Source: Gnetum montanum
Lineage: Eukaryota > Plantae > Gnetophyta
Assembly: GCA_015680685.1 (NCBI GenBank)
Contig: MNCI01001727.1
Coordinates: 51,592 to 115,591 of the forward strand
DNA length: 64,000 nt
Reading direction: 5' to 3'
Positions 37,040 through 50,351 of this stretch are shown here, piece after piece; within the stretch, counting starts at the first letter, position 1; every line of letters begins with the position of its first letter. A model generated the notes under the pieces. It saw only the letters and a list, made by a program, of their open reading frames with translations. It was not told the DNA's origin and did not search any database. The translations under genes were made by a program, and so were the position numbers.

Positions 37040-40000
37040 TCTCCCCCATGACTGAGTTGTAAGGGAGAGATCCAAAATAATGAGCGTGGTTGTCCGCTGG
37101 TGGAGGCGTAATTTGCACTAGCCATTGCGGCTTCACGAAAGGGTTTTATTTGTTGTATATTAACCAATAATTGTTTATCTGGGCTGTTAGGCTTATATAT
37201 CATCATGGCTCCAGAGGGAAAGGTAGTATGAATAATATAAGGTCCTTCCCATAAAGTTTGAAACTTTGTACATTGGGGTACATGCATGGGGTTCCAGTAA
37301 AGGACCTTATCTCTTGGTTGGTATTTAAACCTTCGGATCTTTAAGTCATGATGTTGTTTACTGTGGGCCTTGTGCAACTCATTTAATGATAGTGTAACCA
37401 GTCTATTCTTTTCTAACACATTCAAAGTTGCTAGTTGTTGTTTTTGTGCTAGATCGAGATCCAGGTGAACTTCGCAAGCCATGGACAGTGTACGGAGCTC
37501 ACTATGTATAGGGAGTTTTGGAAGTTTTCCATACACTAACTCATAGGGAGAATATCCTGTAGGGAGCTTCCAGGTGGAATGATACACCCAAAGATCATCA
37601 TTCAGTTTCGTGCTCTAGCCTCACCTAAATTTGCTAATTGTCCATGTTAATATTCTGGTAATCTCCCTATTAGTAACCTCGGCTTGACCATTAGCTTGGG
37701 GGTGGTAAGGTGTGGTCAGTTTATGCTCAACCCCCAAGCGTTGCATTAACTTTCTAAAGGTTTCACCTATAAAATGTGTTCCATTATCGGAAATAAGTGC
37801 ACGTGGCACACCAAACCTATTAACGATTTGTTGTTGTACAAATCGTGCAGTTGTAGATGATGTGCAATCTGTTACAACAGCTGCCTTAGCCCATTTGGTT
37901 AAGTAATCAACAGCAATGATTATATACACTTTTCCATTGGACATTGGTATAATCGGTCCCATAAAATCTATCCCCCAGATGTCAAAGGGTTCTAAAGGTT
38001 GAATCCATTGTTGCGGACCCTCCATCCTAGCAGTCATTCCCCCATCACGTTGGCAGCACTCACAGGATTGGGAAAAATGATGGACGTCTCAAAATAGTGT
38101 TGGCCAATAATATCTTGTAAGCAGGATTTTAGTGGTCGTTTGTCTCCTAGCATAATGACCCCCACAGGGGCCCTCATGAGCATCATGAAGAACTTTTAAT
38201 TGATCTTGATTGGGTACACACCATCAAACTAAGCCATCAGGGCAGACTTTATAAAGTTGTCCCCCGATTTCCATGAAGTGTTTGATTTTGTGAAGAAACT
38301 ATTGTTTCTTCCTAAAGTCTAATCTCTATGGTATTTGTTGTGAAGTAAGATAGGTGAGAATGCTGCTATACCAGTTTACTTTCGTGGGTTGATTATTTAT
38401 TACAAGCAAAGAGGGTTTCATCAGGAAAATGGTCAGATACCGCGTATTTGTCCTCTTTGTTGTCCCAATGCTACCGAGATAGGTGATCAGCGACTACGTT
38501 CTTGATGCCCTTGCAGTCTACAATAGTTAAATCGAACTCCTGAAAAATCACCAACCAACGTATGATACATGGGCTAACCGTTGGCTTATTCATAAGGAAC
38601 CTAATTGCACTATGATCTGTGTGGATATATACCTTGTAACCCAATACACAGTGCCTAAATTTATCCAGTGTGAACACAATAGCCATTAATTCTTTTTCTA
38701 TAGTCGTGTAGTTAAGTTGTGCACTGGTGATACTTTTACTGGCACAATGGATGTAATAAGGTCATTTTTGTTCATGTAGTTGTGTTAGTACATCTCCTAA
38801 AGCATAATTGGATGCATCGGTCATGATATGAAATGGTCTGGACCAGTTAGGTGCTTGTAGGATGGGAGTTTCCACAAGCCTCTGTTTGAGAGCTTGGAAT
38901 CCTTGTTCACATTCCATGGTCCATTCGAATGGTGCATCTTTTTTTGTTAATTCTACCAATGGTTTGGCAACTTTTGAAAAGTTTGCAATAAACCTCCTGT
39001 AGTAGCCAGTGTGTCCAAGGAATGACCTAACATCTTTAATAGTTTTTGGTTGTCGGGTGATTCCTTGGATGAATTTAATTTTTTCTGGATCTACCTAAAT
39101 TCCTGATTGCAAAATCTTGTGCCCCAACACGATGCCCTCCTGAACCATCAAATGGCTCTTCTGCCAGTTGAGCTTGAGGTTGGTTTCAACACATCGTTTC
39201 AATACTTGCTCTAACTGGTTGAGGGCTTGATCAAAGCTTGTCCCATAGGTGGAGAAGTTGTCCATGAAGATTTCTACTCCATTACCTATTTGTTGTTGAA
39301 AAATGCTTAGAACTAAGCGTTGGAACATGGCAGGTGCATTGCACAAGCCAAAAGGCATTTGTTTATATGCCAACGTTCCCCAAGGACTGGTGAACGTTGT
39401 TTTGGATTGGTCTTCTAGTGCAATTTGTATTTGGTTGTACCCATTATATCCATCCAGAAAACTGTAATAGATATGCCCTGCTATAGTATCTAAGACTTGG
39501 TCCACAAATGGCAGTAGGAAGTGGTCTTTGAATGTTGCCATATTTAATAGCCTAAAATCTATACATACCCTCCATTTACCTCCCTTTTTTGGTACGATGG
39601 AAAGAGGACTAACCCATTCACTATCAGCGATAGGGTAAATGAACCCTACTCTGAGAAGTTGCTCTAGCTCTTCTTTCACTATTTGTTTTAGTTTTGGGTT
39701 TAGTCGCCTCTGAGGTTGTTTGCGAGGTTTCATAGAGGGGTCTGTATAAATCCTATGCTGGCATATCCACGGGTCTATTCCAGTTAGTTCAGGGTATGGC
39801 CAAGCAAAGGAAGTTGACCACTTGTTTATCACCCTTAGCAAACTTTCTTTTTGCATGGGCAAGAGCTTTGCATTGATGATTACCGATTTTCCGTTTTTGA
39901 GGGTCATGTATTCCAGACCGGTGGGTAACGGTTTAAGCTCTAGGGACTCTTGTTTAAACTCCTCAAGAATCTCCAAATTCCCCTAATTAATATTTTTGGA

Positions 40001-40987
40001 GTTACAGGCTAGAAGTTAGCAATGAACTTGCTCTAATATGTCTGCGCTTTCAAGGTAAGCACTAGTTATTCCCTCAGCTAGTTCCATGCAGGTAGTTGGG
40101 TTGTTATCTTTATCAACCATCAGCCACTGGGTCTTTTCTTGTTGTGTGGCTATTGCATATAGGCACTTTTGTATATCAATGTCCTGTGCACACCGATCGC
40201 ATGTAGATAATGTTAAACTTCGCATTACCCATGATTTCTGCACGCAATGACACCCTGTGTCATTATATGCGATGCATGGAACTCTTTTCCTCTTAATTTT
40301 CCCATACGTATTTGTCTTGGATATTTCTAGGGAAAGGTTACAAATTCCTAAGCGTGCGTTGATTGTATTTAGCCATGCCCTTCCCATGATAATTGGGAAA
40401 TCTCCTTTATCATTGTTTATTTCAATCACTAGGAAATCGACTGGATATGACCATCCACCGACAGTGGTAACAATGTCTTCAACTTGTCCCAGAGGAACAG
40501 TGATGGATTTGTCAGCCAGCTCTAGGTGAATGTTTCTCTTCTTAAGTGGAGACAGGTTCCAAGTTTTATACAGTTTTTGTGAGATTAAGTTGACCCCAGA
40601 ACCTGAATTGAGAAGAGCCTTATGGGGTTCATTCCCAGCGACTTGGAGGTAAACTAAGGGAACTCCCAGATCTGATAATTTCTTTGGAAGGTAGTTGACC
40701 TTGATCCAGTCAGTTACTGTATGTGTCAACATAACTATATGCATTGGACGTGATTTCGCTGCTGGGGGATTTCCTGAAATCGTATTGGGTATTGGGGCGT
40801 TAGGATGTTCAACTGCTTGTGATGGTGAAGGCTTGGTTGGATTGTTGGTCCTAAGGAAGGGTCTTTTCGGTGAACGATTGTTACAACCAACTGATATTGA
40901 AGGCTTGGGAGCCCTCACAGCATTAGGTTGTCGTAGTTGAGTGGGATTTACTCTAGGCTTTGTTGGAGCGGTTGGTGGTGTGGCCAT
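37040..40987 (-). pseudogene. pol: pol of element E: protease, RT, RNase H, integrase
   Basis: ALLNSGSGVN, IIMGRAWL; WRVCIDFRLLN, MPFGLCNAPAMFQR, IFMDNF; TDASNYALG, VADHLSR; WGIDFMGP, SDNGTHF, YHPQANGQAE, WEGPY. Confidence 0.95.
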
Positions 40988-40989
40988 AG

Positions 40990-42850
40990 GCGTAAGAGAT
41001 GCGAATGGATTTGGAGGATATCGTAGGTATGTGGTGTTTCCCGAAGGGAAAGGAATCCTAAAATATTCCTGAACTTGGTAGTAACATGGAGGTTTTATGT
41101 GACCTATAGAGTCACCTAGAGAAATTGGCTGCTACACATAATAACTATAAGGATCGGGCTGCNNNNNNNNNNNNNNNNNNNNNNNNNNNNTGCAGGGCTT
41201 AAGTTTCTCCGCTTGGTTTTTCCTTTGTCACTACTTTGTTCTACCTTAGACTCTTCTATGATTTTTAAGACTATTTCTATTCTTGAGTCTAAGGAATCCC
41301 ACATTTGTTCTACCTTAGACGATACCTCGATTGTTAACTTTTGGATCGGTAAGGTTTTCTGATTCACCAACTCTTTGAGTGGTGACTCATCCTCCTCATC
41401 ACAGAATTTCACCCCTTCTTGCAAAGGGAGGGATCATGGTTGTATTCTTCTGCACTTTCCCTCTTACGTAGCTCACCCTCTTCTTGTGCTACTTGTTCCA
41501 ACAAACTTTCAACTTCATGGACTCTTAGTTGGGAAAGTCTCCCTTGGGGGTAAGTCCCAAGAGTTCGTCTCGTTTCATTCCTTAGCCCATCCACGATGTG
41601 GTGAAGTTAATCCCACTTAGTGTACCCATGGCCTGGGCAACGATGTAGCAGTGTATAGTAACAGGCCATGGCAGCATCCAAGGGTTCATAAGCACCTTGT
41701 TTCCATCCTTGGATCTGCTTACGCAAATTGGACACTTTGGAGTACATTTGATATTTGTTATTGAATAGTTCAAGCATTGTACTCCACCTCTTGATGGTTT
41801 CCGGCTCTAAGGACCAGTACCAGCTCTCTACTTCCTTAGTGAGTGTCCTTGGGAACAACTTAAGCTTCTACCACTCATTATCTATATTTTGTAAGGCACA
41901 TGCATCGTGGAATGCCTGTAAATGATGTTGAGGATCAACATTGTATCCACCTTCAAAATGTGGAATATTATTTATGTCCAAACACTTGATCCTACTGTCT
42001 TTTAAGTGCCTTGTGGAGATCCTAACTACCTTTGTGATGTCTAGCATGCTTCGGGTTGTGAGTAGGGGTTCTTCATGATCATCCCTATCATGATGTCTAT
42101 GATGTCTTCGTGGTGGTTCACTACTCTCCCTACATCCTTACCCTTGTCCTAACTCCTCTCGACCTTCCTGTGGAGGTCTTTCATCTCTTTTACTTTTATC
42201 CTCTCTATTGTGCTCACGATGGTTGCACCCAGATGTGGAAGGAGAGTGTGAATGGTGAGATGAAGGAGAAGAGGAAGTGGATCCATCACCATGGCGATGT
42301 TTCTTACCTTCTCTTCGGCTACTTCGGCCCCGATCGTTGTGACGATCAAAGTGCTCGTCCTTAGTGTGAGTGGTTGTTCCTACCATGAATAGTTGGTGTT
42401 CACGGGGATTAGAGCCCGTAGCATGTACAGTTGATCGAAGGCTCTGATGCCTAACCTCTTCACCGTTGTGAGGAGGAGGAACATCATTTTCTAAGAAACC
42501 TGTTGTGAGGGGTTCCTTGTCTCCTATTTCACTAAGGATATGGGGGACCTTGCCGTTCAACAATGAGTGTTGGCTCTCCTGCCTTAAGTCCCGAAGATGT
42601 TGGGCGTCCATGGGATGATAATCCCTTGTGTCAAAATCATCCGCAATGTATTCAACGAATAGTTCTTACATGCCAATCTATGCCAGGGTATGGAAGAGCA
42701 TGTTAGGGACTAATCGATCTGGGGGTAACATGATGTTACCTTGCAGATCTCTCCACCGCAGTTGTTCGTCTTGATGGAGAACAAAAGTAAAATCAGGAAT
42801 ATACTCATCGGGATGAGTATATGTCATCTTATATTGTTGAGGACTTGGCT
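40990..42850 (-). pseudogene. gag: Disrupted gag of element E
   Basis: Homologous to A gag (FPRTLTKEVESWYWSL, DGLRNETRRTLG). Contains an N-gap at 41163-41190. Confidence 0.85.
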
Positions 42851-43067
42851 GATTTAAGTTATGCGTATGTCACTGACTGTCTTCTGTGTTATCCTTAGGT
42901 GAGTTAACCTTATGAGAAGAAGCCATTTTATTGGTGTGCTATTCACCGTTATATATGTTCTTATTTAACTAATTAACCCAAAGGTTCGTTAAGGCTCACA
43001 ACGATGTGAAAGATTTCCTAATGTTCTAATTGGCGTAAAAACACTTAGTCCCCAGCAACAGAGCCAA

Positions 43068-44046
43068 TGATCAGTGGCGAGATACCCCTACACTCAACCA
43101 TATGAAACAAGCGTAGCACGTGTGATCCGGTCGAACTCCATAGACTAAATGCCTAAACGTCGCAACGAACACTTGGGGTTAATTAACCGTTGTCCTTCCA
43201 GACTTACTTGTTGTTGTCACGGTGTATGGTTAAGTAAGTCCGAGGTATATGATTTTTTTTTGTCTTTTCTGGTGTATCTCCTATGCTAAAGGGTGAAGGA
43301 TTGAGAGACTAAAACTAATTCTAACTACAGTGCTAAGTCCTAGCGTCAGCATCCATTCCCACTTGCCATACACACCCTGAACTGTGCAACTGTGGCTACC
43401 AAACGCTAATCGTTACTGGGATTACCACACGTAACGCACGTGCTCGAAGCGGTCGTACTGAGGCACCTAACTAGCCTAAGTGTGACAAGCAGCCGATTCC
43501 TTGACTAGCCATACACATCCGTAGATGCTCGTAATCAAGTCGTACTTGTCCCACGTTCTAGGAGGTAAGGGTGAGAGAATCTAATCGCGATGAGTAGCCG
43601 ATTCCTTGGCTAGCCGTACACATTCGTCAATGCTCGTAACCAAGTCGTACTCATGCCGCGTTACTAGGAAAGCAATAAATAACATTAAATAAACCTATCC
43701 ATGTACTGCAAGGTTTATCCACAAAGCTCGTCTTTATTGCCGTACACAACTTGCGTTCAGGTACAAAGCTGCTCGAATAAAGAACCGTTCACTTGGGGGA
43801 CTCCTACTGCGGGCACATGGAAAATATTCTATCTCTGGGGTGATCAATCCGCCAGAGCTTCGCTACTTTACACCTAGGATCTCAAATGAGGGGAGTGCCG
43901 CCTCTTATTTATAGATTTGGTAGCAGACCACGATATCACGTACGCAATATCGCAGGGAACGACGCGATATCGCGTACGCAATATCGCAGGGAATACGATA
44001 TCACAGTGACCGCGATATCGTGGCTTGTGCATATCGTGTCTCATCA
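43068..44046 (-). repeat. 5' LTR of element E
   Basis: TGATCAG...CTCATCA, flanked by PBS TTGGCTCTGTTGCTGGGGAC on the minus strand. Confidence 0.93.
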
Positions 44047-44079
44047 GACATAAAAAATAATGTTTGAATGTTAAAAATT

Positions 44080-47000
44080 ATGTTATTTATTTCTAGTAGT
44101 TTCTTTCTCTTCCTCCTTATCAATTTTCATAGGGGTGGGTTCTTCTACTAGTCTCTAGCTACTTTCTCTAGGGTTTATAGAAAAAATTAAAATAAATAGC
44201 TTGTTAGTTTTATTTTTCATTCTATTGAATAAAATAAAATAACTATCTAAAGTTTTGATGCCTACCTTGCATTTCTTTATACATTTCTAGTATTCTTTCT
44301 TCTATCTTCTTCAAACTCAGGTTGGTTGTATCTAATGTATTAAATGCTGAACTTAGAATACTTAATAGAAAACTAGCTCATTCTTCCTCATAAGCCTTTA
44401 ATTCTTCTAGGGTGATATCATCATCGTCCCCTTCTTCTACAAGCTCCCCTTGAAGACCTCTTTGTTGTTTCTTTGGTGTTGTAATTACCACAGTATTTGA
44501 AAAATATTTGAATAATTCTTCCTACTTAGTTTGTATAATAAATATACTTTTCATTTTCTTATCTACAAATAAAATTTTATTTTCCTTTAATAACCTATAG
44601 TATTCTCTTTTATACTACCACTTATTTATTTTATGTTTCCTAGCCCAACTCTTCCATGCTACTGCAAAGTTTCCTAGGCTTTTCATGGAATGAGTCGTTG
44701 CTAATTTTGAACTCTTTTGCTTCATTAAAGTCCTTTGAAAATCCATGGTTTAATTTTTCTCTCTCTAGTATGCATGGTGAGGAGAGTTGTATCTAACCAT
44801 ATTGGTGCCTCTTATTTATTCCTCTAATAGCTTCACCTAGTTAGATACCATCCTTATTTGCCTCTCATGTTTATCCTCCTTTTTATGTACTTTTTCTAAG
44901 GAGTCTAGGAGTATGGCATTTATGTTGGCTTGTTCTATAGCCAATACTTCCACATCCTTGACATAATTAAGATCTATGCTTATTTTTTTTACAGCTACCT
45001 TCTTCGCTACTATATCTACATTTATTATTGGATCATGGAAAGTTACCTGATCCTTATTTAGATTAACTCTTAATTTTGCATAACAAAATAGAACATCAAA
45101 TTCTTTATCACTAACATTAAACATTATTATTTTAGTGATAATGTTTAATTTTATTACCTTATTCTAGAGAGATTAAGTTTAGCTTCCATCCATATCTTTT
45201 TCCAAACCCTCTAGCATTAGTTTCTTGTCTTTTACACAAGCCCAACTTTTCCTTTTAATCTCTAGAAAAGAGGAGAAATGGTACTTATTTTCTACATCTA
45301 TAATATTGAATTTTAATTTTTGAATTAACATCAAACATACTTACCATATTATGTGGAGAGCTTTGAATTCATTACCTCCTTCATCCATTTACAAATCTTT
45401 GAATTACTCAAAATTGGTTTGCTAGTTGGATGAGTGATATTTATAGAAGATGGAGATGGGATCTCCAATTCTAGCAGCTCATCCATCCCTTTCTCTTTTC
45501 TTTCTTACTCCTATTGACCTATTTCATCAAGGTTTAAACTAAAGAGGTTAGAAAAAGAATTCAAACTCTCTTTTTCCCCTACATTTTCCTTTGATGAAAC
45601 TAAGTCATTCAAGAAATCTAGTTCCTCTCTACTCATACCTTTCTTCAAACCTTCACAAATTTGTTCTAAGGCTATCTTTTCTTCGGTAGTCTCAGAAATA
45701 TAATCAATGTGTTAGTATTGCATCATTCTTTAATAATGTTAAAACTAAAAAATACATCACATCATTTACACTTAGCAAAATATGATTGATAGAGATACAC
45801 TTAGTTATTCATTGTTCTATCTTTACCTAGGGGACCTTTATTTCTAGGGTCTTTGAAGATATTTCTTGAAGCTCTTCCTTTCACCACTATTCTAAGGTAC
45901 ATTCCAATATTGCCTCCTTCATTGCTTCTTTTTCTTTGCTTATTTTCTTGTTAGGCTCTTTAATGGTTTCAGACATGGATGAGTCCGCTTTTTCTCTAGC
46001 CTTTGATACGAATGTCAAAGGACCACTGCCTTCAATGCTATACACAAACATTAGACTCCTCATGTGTTGGCACAGTGTAGGTTTGAAGTTTGCTTTTGAA
46101 GAAAAATTAGAATGCTTCTCCCTGCATTTTAAAAATAATGTTTCCATAGCCTTTATTAATCCGTAATAAAACCTAAAATTAAGCCTCTTGCTCACCATCT
46201 TCTTCTTTTCTTTTTTATCCTCTTGGAATAGTTTCTCTAGCTCTTTAGCTATCCCTTAATAGATAAACAATGCTTAATTGACTACCCTCCCTTAGGACAT
46301 CATTCCATATAACCCATACATCTGCCTTTAGGCCAACATTCATTTTTGGCATATCTTATTACAAAATAGACTTTCAATAAATAAAGGGAATAACTTCTTC
46401 AAATTTTCATTTGTTCCCTTGAGTACATTGATGATGTTCTTCTTCCCTGACATAACCCACTCCTCCATGAGTAATATTTTTGCTAAGCTAAGCTTTAAAT
46501 GATCAATCTTTGTTTCCTTCTCTAGAAAACCTAGCCAATACATCAATGTAGTTGGGGCCCAAGTAATGATAACTTACTTCTAATCTACACAACTATAAAA
46601 ATAACCTTCTCCACTAAGTAGCTTTTTATTAGGCCTACACATTTTACCAGACTTTGGTAGGGATGCTTTAATCTTAAAGCACACAAAATTCCCACCGTAT
46701 TGAACTTATTAAAGTACTTGACTCATTCTCCTTCAAATAGTCACTTTTAAACACTTTAAACCTCATTAGTGGACCTAAGTTCAAACTCCTCTACTACTCT
46801 CATGATGTCAATAAATTTAGCATCATTGGTGCTTATTTGGATTGAAAATAAGCACATTTAATGTTTAGTTTCATATTCTATTTATCTCTTTTATTTTTTA
46901 AAAAAACCTTGATACTTTCTTTTAGGCCTTAGGATGATCCTTGACCTCTTTGGCTAGTTTGTGTTTTCTCCATGGACTTCATTTCATAAATGATGAAGCC

Positions 47001-47680
47001 ATCCTTGGTTGTTATATTTATTTCAAAACCTATGTAGTCTTAATTCCTCATACTAGACATCAAAATGGGACATTGCCTAAGGTCTCTAGTTGTGATGCTA
47101 GGAAATATCTTGTAATAGATTCTATAAAAACTCCAAGTGATCAAGACTTTGCACATCCAGAATAACAAACTTGCATAATAATGTCAAATTTAGTTTTATT
47201 TGAAGTGAGGCTAACTTGGAATAATTATAACTCTTAAACTACTAACTTATCTATCAACAAAAAATTTAGAGCTTGGAGGATTAGACATTGCTCTAGAAGT
47301 TTGGATTTTTAGGAGCAATGTATTATTGACACTAAATTGCCAGTATTCCCTTCTCTTCCACAGCCTGTCCAAGCATTTTTGTACACTAGGACATCCTTAG
47401 ATAACTCTTTAGTCTTGGACAATTTTTCAAATATTATTATTATGAATTCTACAAAGAATCTTGGTAAGATTCCCTTCAAAGCTTGTAGGAAAACTTCTTC
47501 TTCTAGGCCTATTCATATCACAACATTTAAGTAAGTGCTGTAAATTTTAGAAAATCTACTACTCCCTGGTAAGCCCACAACTTTTATGACATCAGAGTAG
47601 CATCGTCAAAAAGTGGTATATTCCAGATGGACCCTAGTTTTCTTCATTTATTTTATAGGATGCTATTTTTATCCATGAGA
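44080..47680 (-). pseudogene. Degenerate antisense accessory gene of element G, homologous to B 12642-16736
   Basis: Minus-strand KLWAYQGVVDFLKF...LNVVI*IG and CLDRLWKRREYWQFSVNNTLLLKIQTSRAMSNPPSSKFFVDR (47251-47590). An 80-nt decayed intron at 47171-47250 sits at the same site as B intron 2. MEEWVMSGKK...LKKLFPLF aligns with B LEEWLGVKK...AKTIYPLF. Confidence 0.7.
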
Positions 47681-47829
47681 AAGAACATAGACTCAATGAC
47701 AAGGAGATTAGGTGTTGCTACATCCCTGTAAGAAACGTAAAAAATGACGTAGTGTTGAAAACATTATTTTTCACATTAAATCTCTCAATTGATTCTGACA
47801 TGTTAAAATATACTAACTTCATGTCAGTA

Positions 47830-49349
47830 CTTATGTTAAAATATCCCTCAAGATTTTAAAGTAACACATTGAAACCCTACAAGATAGGTATGTTAGACTT
47901 TAAATCTTTCTTTTCTTGATTTAAAATCAAGTTTAGCTTCTATATTTTCTTTAGACATTACATAGAATAAAATTCTATCTCAATTAGACCTCTCTTTTCT
48001 TAATTGGAATTCTATTTTAATGAATGATCACTTCATTGACTTACCTATGCTAAGCCATAAGGGTGAACAAAAGACTCTTCAGCTTAGTGTTCTTCTCTCT
48101 TAATATCTTTGAAAAGCTATCTTAACAAATTTGCAAAAGCATCCAATTGCTTGTGCTCAGGGATATAATGATAGGCATGGTCTATAGCCAAAGCTATTTT
48201 AACATAACATTATATTAGAAGAAGGCTCTAAACTTGTCAAACAAAAGGTTAGAAAAATCATCCTACTATAGATCTTGTTATAAAATAGGAGATTACTAAA
48301 CTCTATAATGTTAGATTCATCTATCTTGTTGACTATTCTAATTGGGTTTCAAACATGATTATGGTTTCCAAAAAAGAATGGTTTCATTTGTATATGCATT
48401 AAGTTTTGAGACCTTAACAAGGTTACTCATAAGAATGAATTTTCTTTACCTAATATCAAAAAACTCATAGACTCCACAACTAGTCATGCTATTTTATCCT
48501 TTATTAATGGATTTTTTGGTTACAGCCAAATCTAGATAAATCCAAAGCATAGAAATATACTACTTACATGACCTCTTAGAAAATATTTTATTACTCTAAA
48601 ATTCCCTTTTGTCTTAAGAAATGTTGGAGTTACTTATCAACAAGTTATGAATTTCATCTTTAATGATATGATGTTTAAAATAGTTAATGATTATGTTGAT
48701 GATTTGATCATAAAATATACCCTAGCAATTGATCATGCTTCTAACTTAGACTGAGTTTTAACTTACTATGATAATTTTAAGCTATGTCTTAATCCCAAGA
48801 AATATATTTTTGGAGTCCTTACAAGCAATATATTGGGTTATCTTGTATTTTAAGGTATAGCTATCAACCTCAACAACGTGAAAGCTATCTTATACCATCT
48901 AGAAATATTTGAGATATGTGTATTCTACAATGTCATCTTCAATCAATTTGCTATTTCCTTTTCAATCTTACTGATCATCTTCATCCTTTGTCTCACTTTC
49001 TTTGAAAATCCATCTCTTTCAGTTGGAATGAGGAGTATCAAAATGCCTTTGATTCCATGAAAGAAGCTTAACTACCATTCCCATTTTATATCCTTCATAA
49101 TTCAATAAACCCATTTTTTCTTTATCTTTCCAAATCTCACCATTCCATATCCACCATACTCTTTCAAAGATGAGAAGATGGAGTTAATCTCCTCATATAT
49201 TATATATCTCATCCTTTGTTAGATTGTGAGACTAGATAATCTAACATAAAGGAATCCTATCCAAGTCGTGTCTTCGCTCTTAACAACTAGAGGTATTGCC
49301 TTCTTAATGCTAAGGTATTTGTTATTTGCAAAGAGAACATTCTTAAAGT
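47830..49349 (+). pseudogene. pol: RT and RNase H remnant of element G
   Basis: EFSLPNIKKLIDSTTSHAILSFINGFFGYSQI, NDYVDDLI, LNPKKYIFG; interrupted by F. Confidence 0.88.
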
Positions 49350-50204
49350 TGATGAATCATCATTGTCGAGTAGCATTGATGGGTATGCATCAATGCGATC
49401 CTGTCAAGGTGTATGCATTGACACGTACCTATTGACACATGAGAAGATGCATTGACAGAGTGTTTGGTCCTACCTATATAAATGCATGCACCTACTACAT
49501 TTATGGAATCATTCATTTAGTAGCATAGCAAAGCTCTTGCAGGTTGTTCTTGTAACAATTAGAATATTTTCTAGATGCCCATAGTAGGAATTGAGAAGTG
49601 TACAAATCTTTATTCGAACACTAATGTACATAGAAACTTCAATGTGAACAGTGATAAAGATGAACTTATTGATAAAACTTATAGCCTTGGAATTAGCATA
49701 ATGTTTACTTTAATGCACTTTATTGTTATGAAATTTACATTCATGCACCTTAATTAATTAGTTGAATATTGATAGTTAACGCACATAAGTATGACCACCT
49801 TGAGCATATGTTTACGCTTAGTAAACCTAGTAGTATTTATGCTTGGTAACCCAGTAGTGTTGAGGCATGTTCAAGATGTGTATAATAGGTGGAAATGGAT
49901 GCTTATGTTAGGATTAGCTTAAGGCATTAGATGCTTACTAGATTGGTTAGTATTTAATCACTTTATTTTCATGCTTAGAATAAGTAGATAAAAATATAAA
50001 AGTTATACAAATTATGTGCCTTAGTTACACTTAACCAAACCATTTTACCTTCACAAGTGAAATTGAGAAGACAACGATCACATCCTTAAGTTCACTACCT
50101 AGATAATGTGTACTTAGAAAGCTAGTCTATGAAATTTGACTAGATTTCTTAGTGAACGCTGGTGATTGGTATGATTAGGTGTAGGGACTACTTAATGCTC
50201 ATCA
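49350..50204 (+). repeat. 5' LTR of element F
   Basis: Direct repeat of 61557-62464; TATA CCTATATAAATG near 49473. Confidence 0.9.
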
Positions 50205-50351
50205 TTGGCATCATTTCTAGGAACTTTAGTTAGTTATGTGAACTATCTAGAATGTCAGTGAAATTACTTAATGATATTGTAAAGAACTTAAAGCTAAAAT
50301 GATTAATATAATAAAGAATTCCCAAAAGCACATTGTTTCCTAAACACTAAC

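Larger units (their letters stand above)
34319..44046 (-). mobile_element. Element E: full-length Athila-like retrotransposon without a long env-like ORF
   Basis: LTRs 34319-35279 and 43068-44046, TSD CACAT/GACAT, PBS 43048-43067, PPT (minus CATGGGGGTA) 35280-35289. Confidence 0.93.

Noticed and set aside
36726-37260. ~220-bp near-perfect inverted duplication of the integrase C-terminus (apparent long hairpin)
   Set aside because: The flipped block is bounded by single Ns at 36725 and 37038, so it is most likely a mis-oriented contig.
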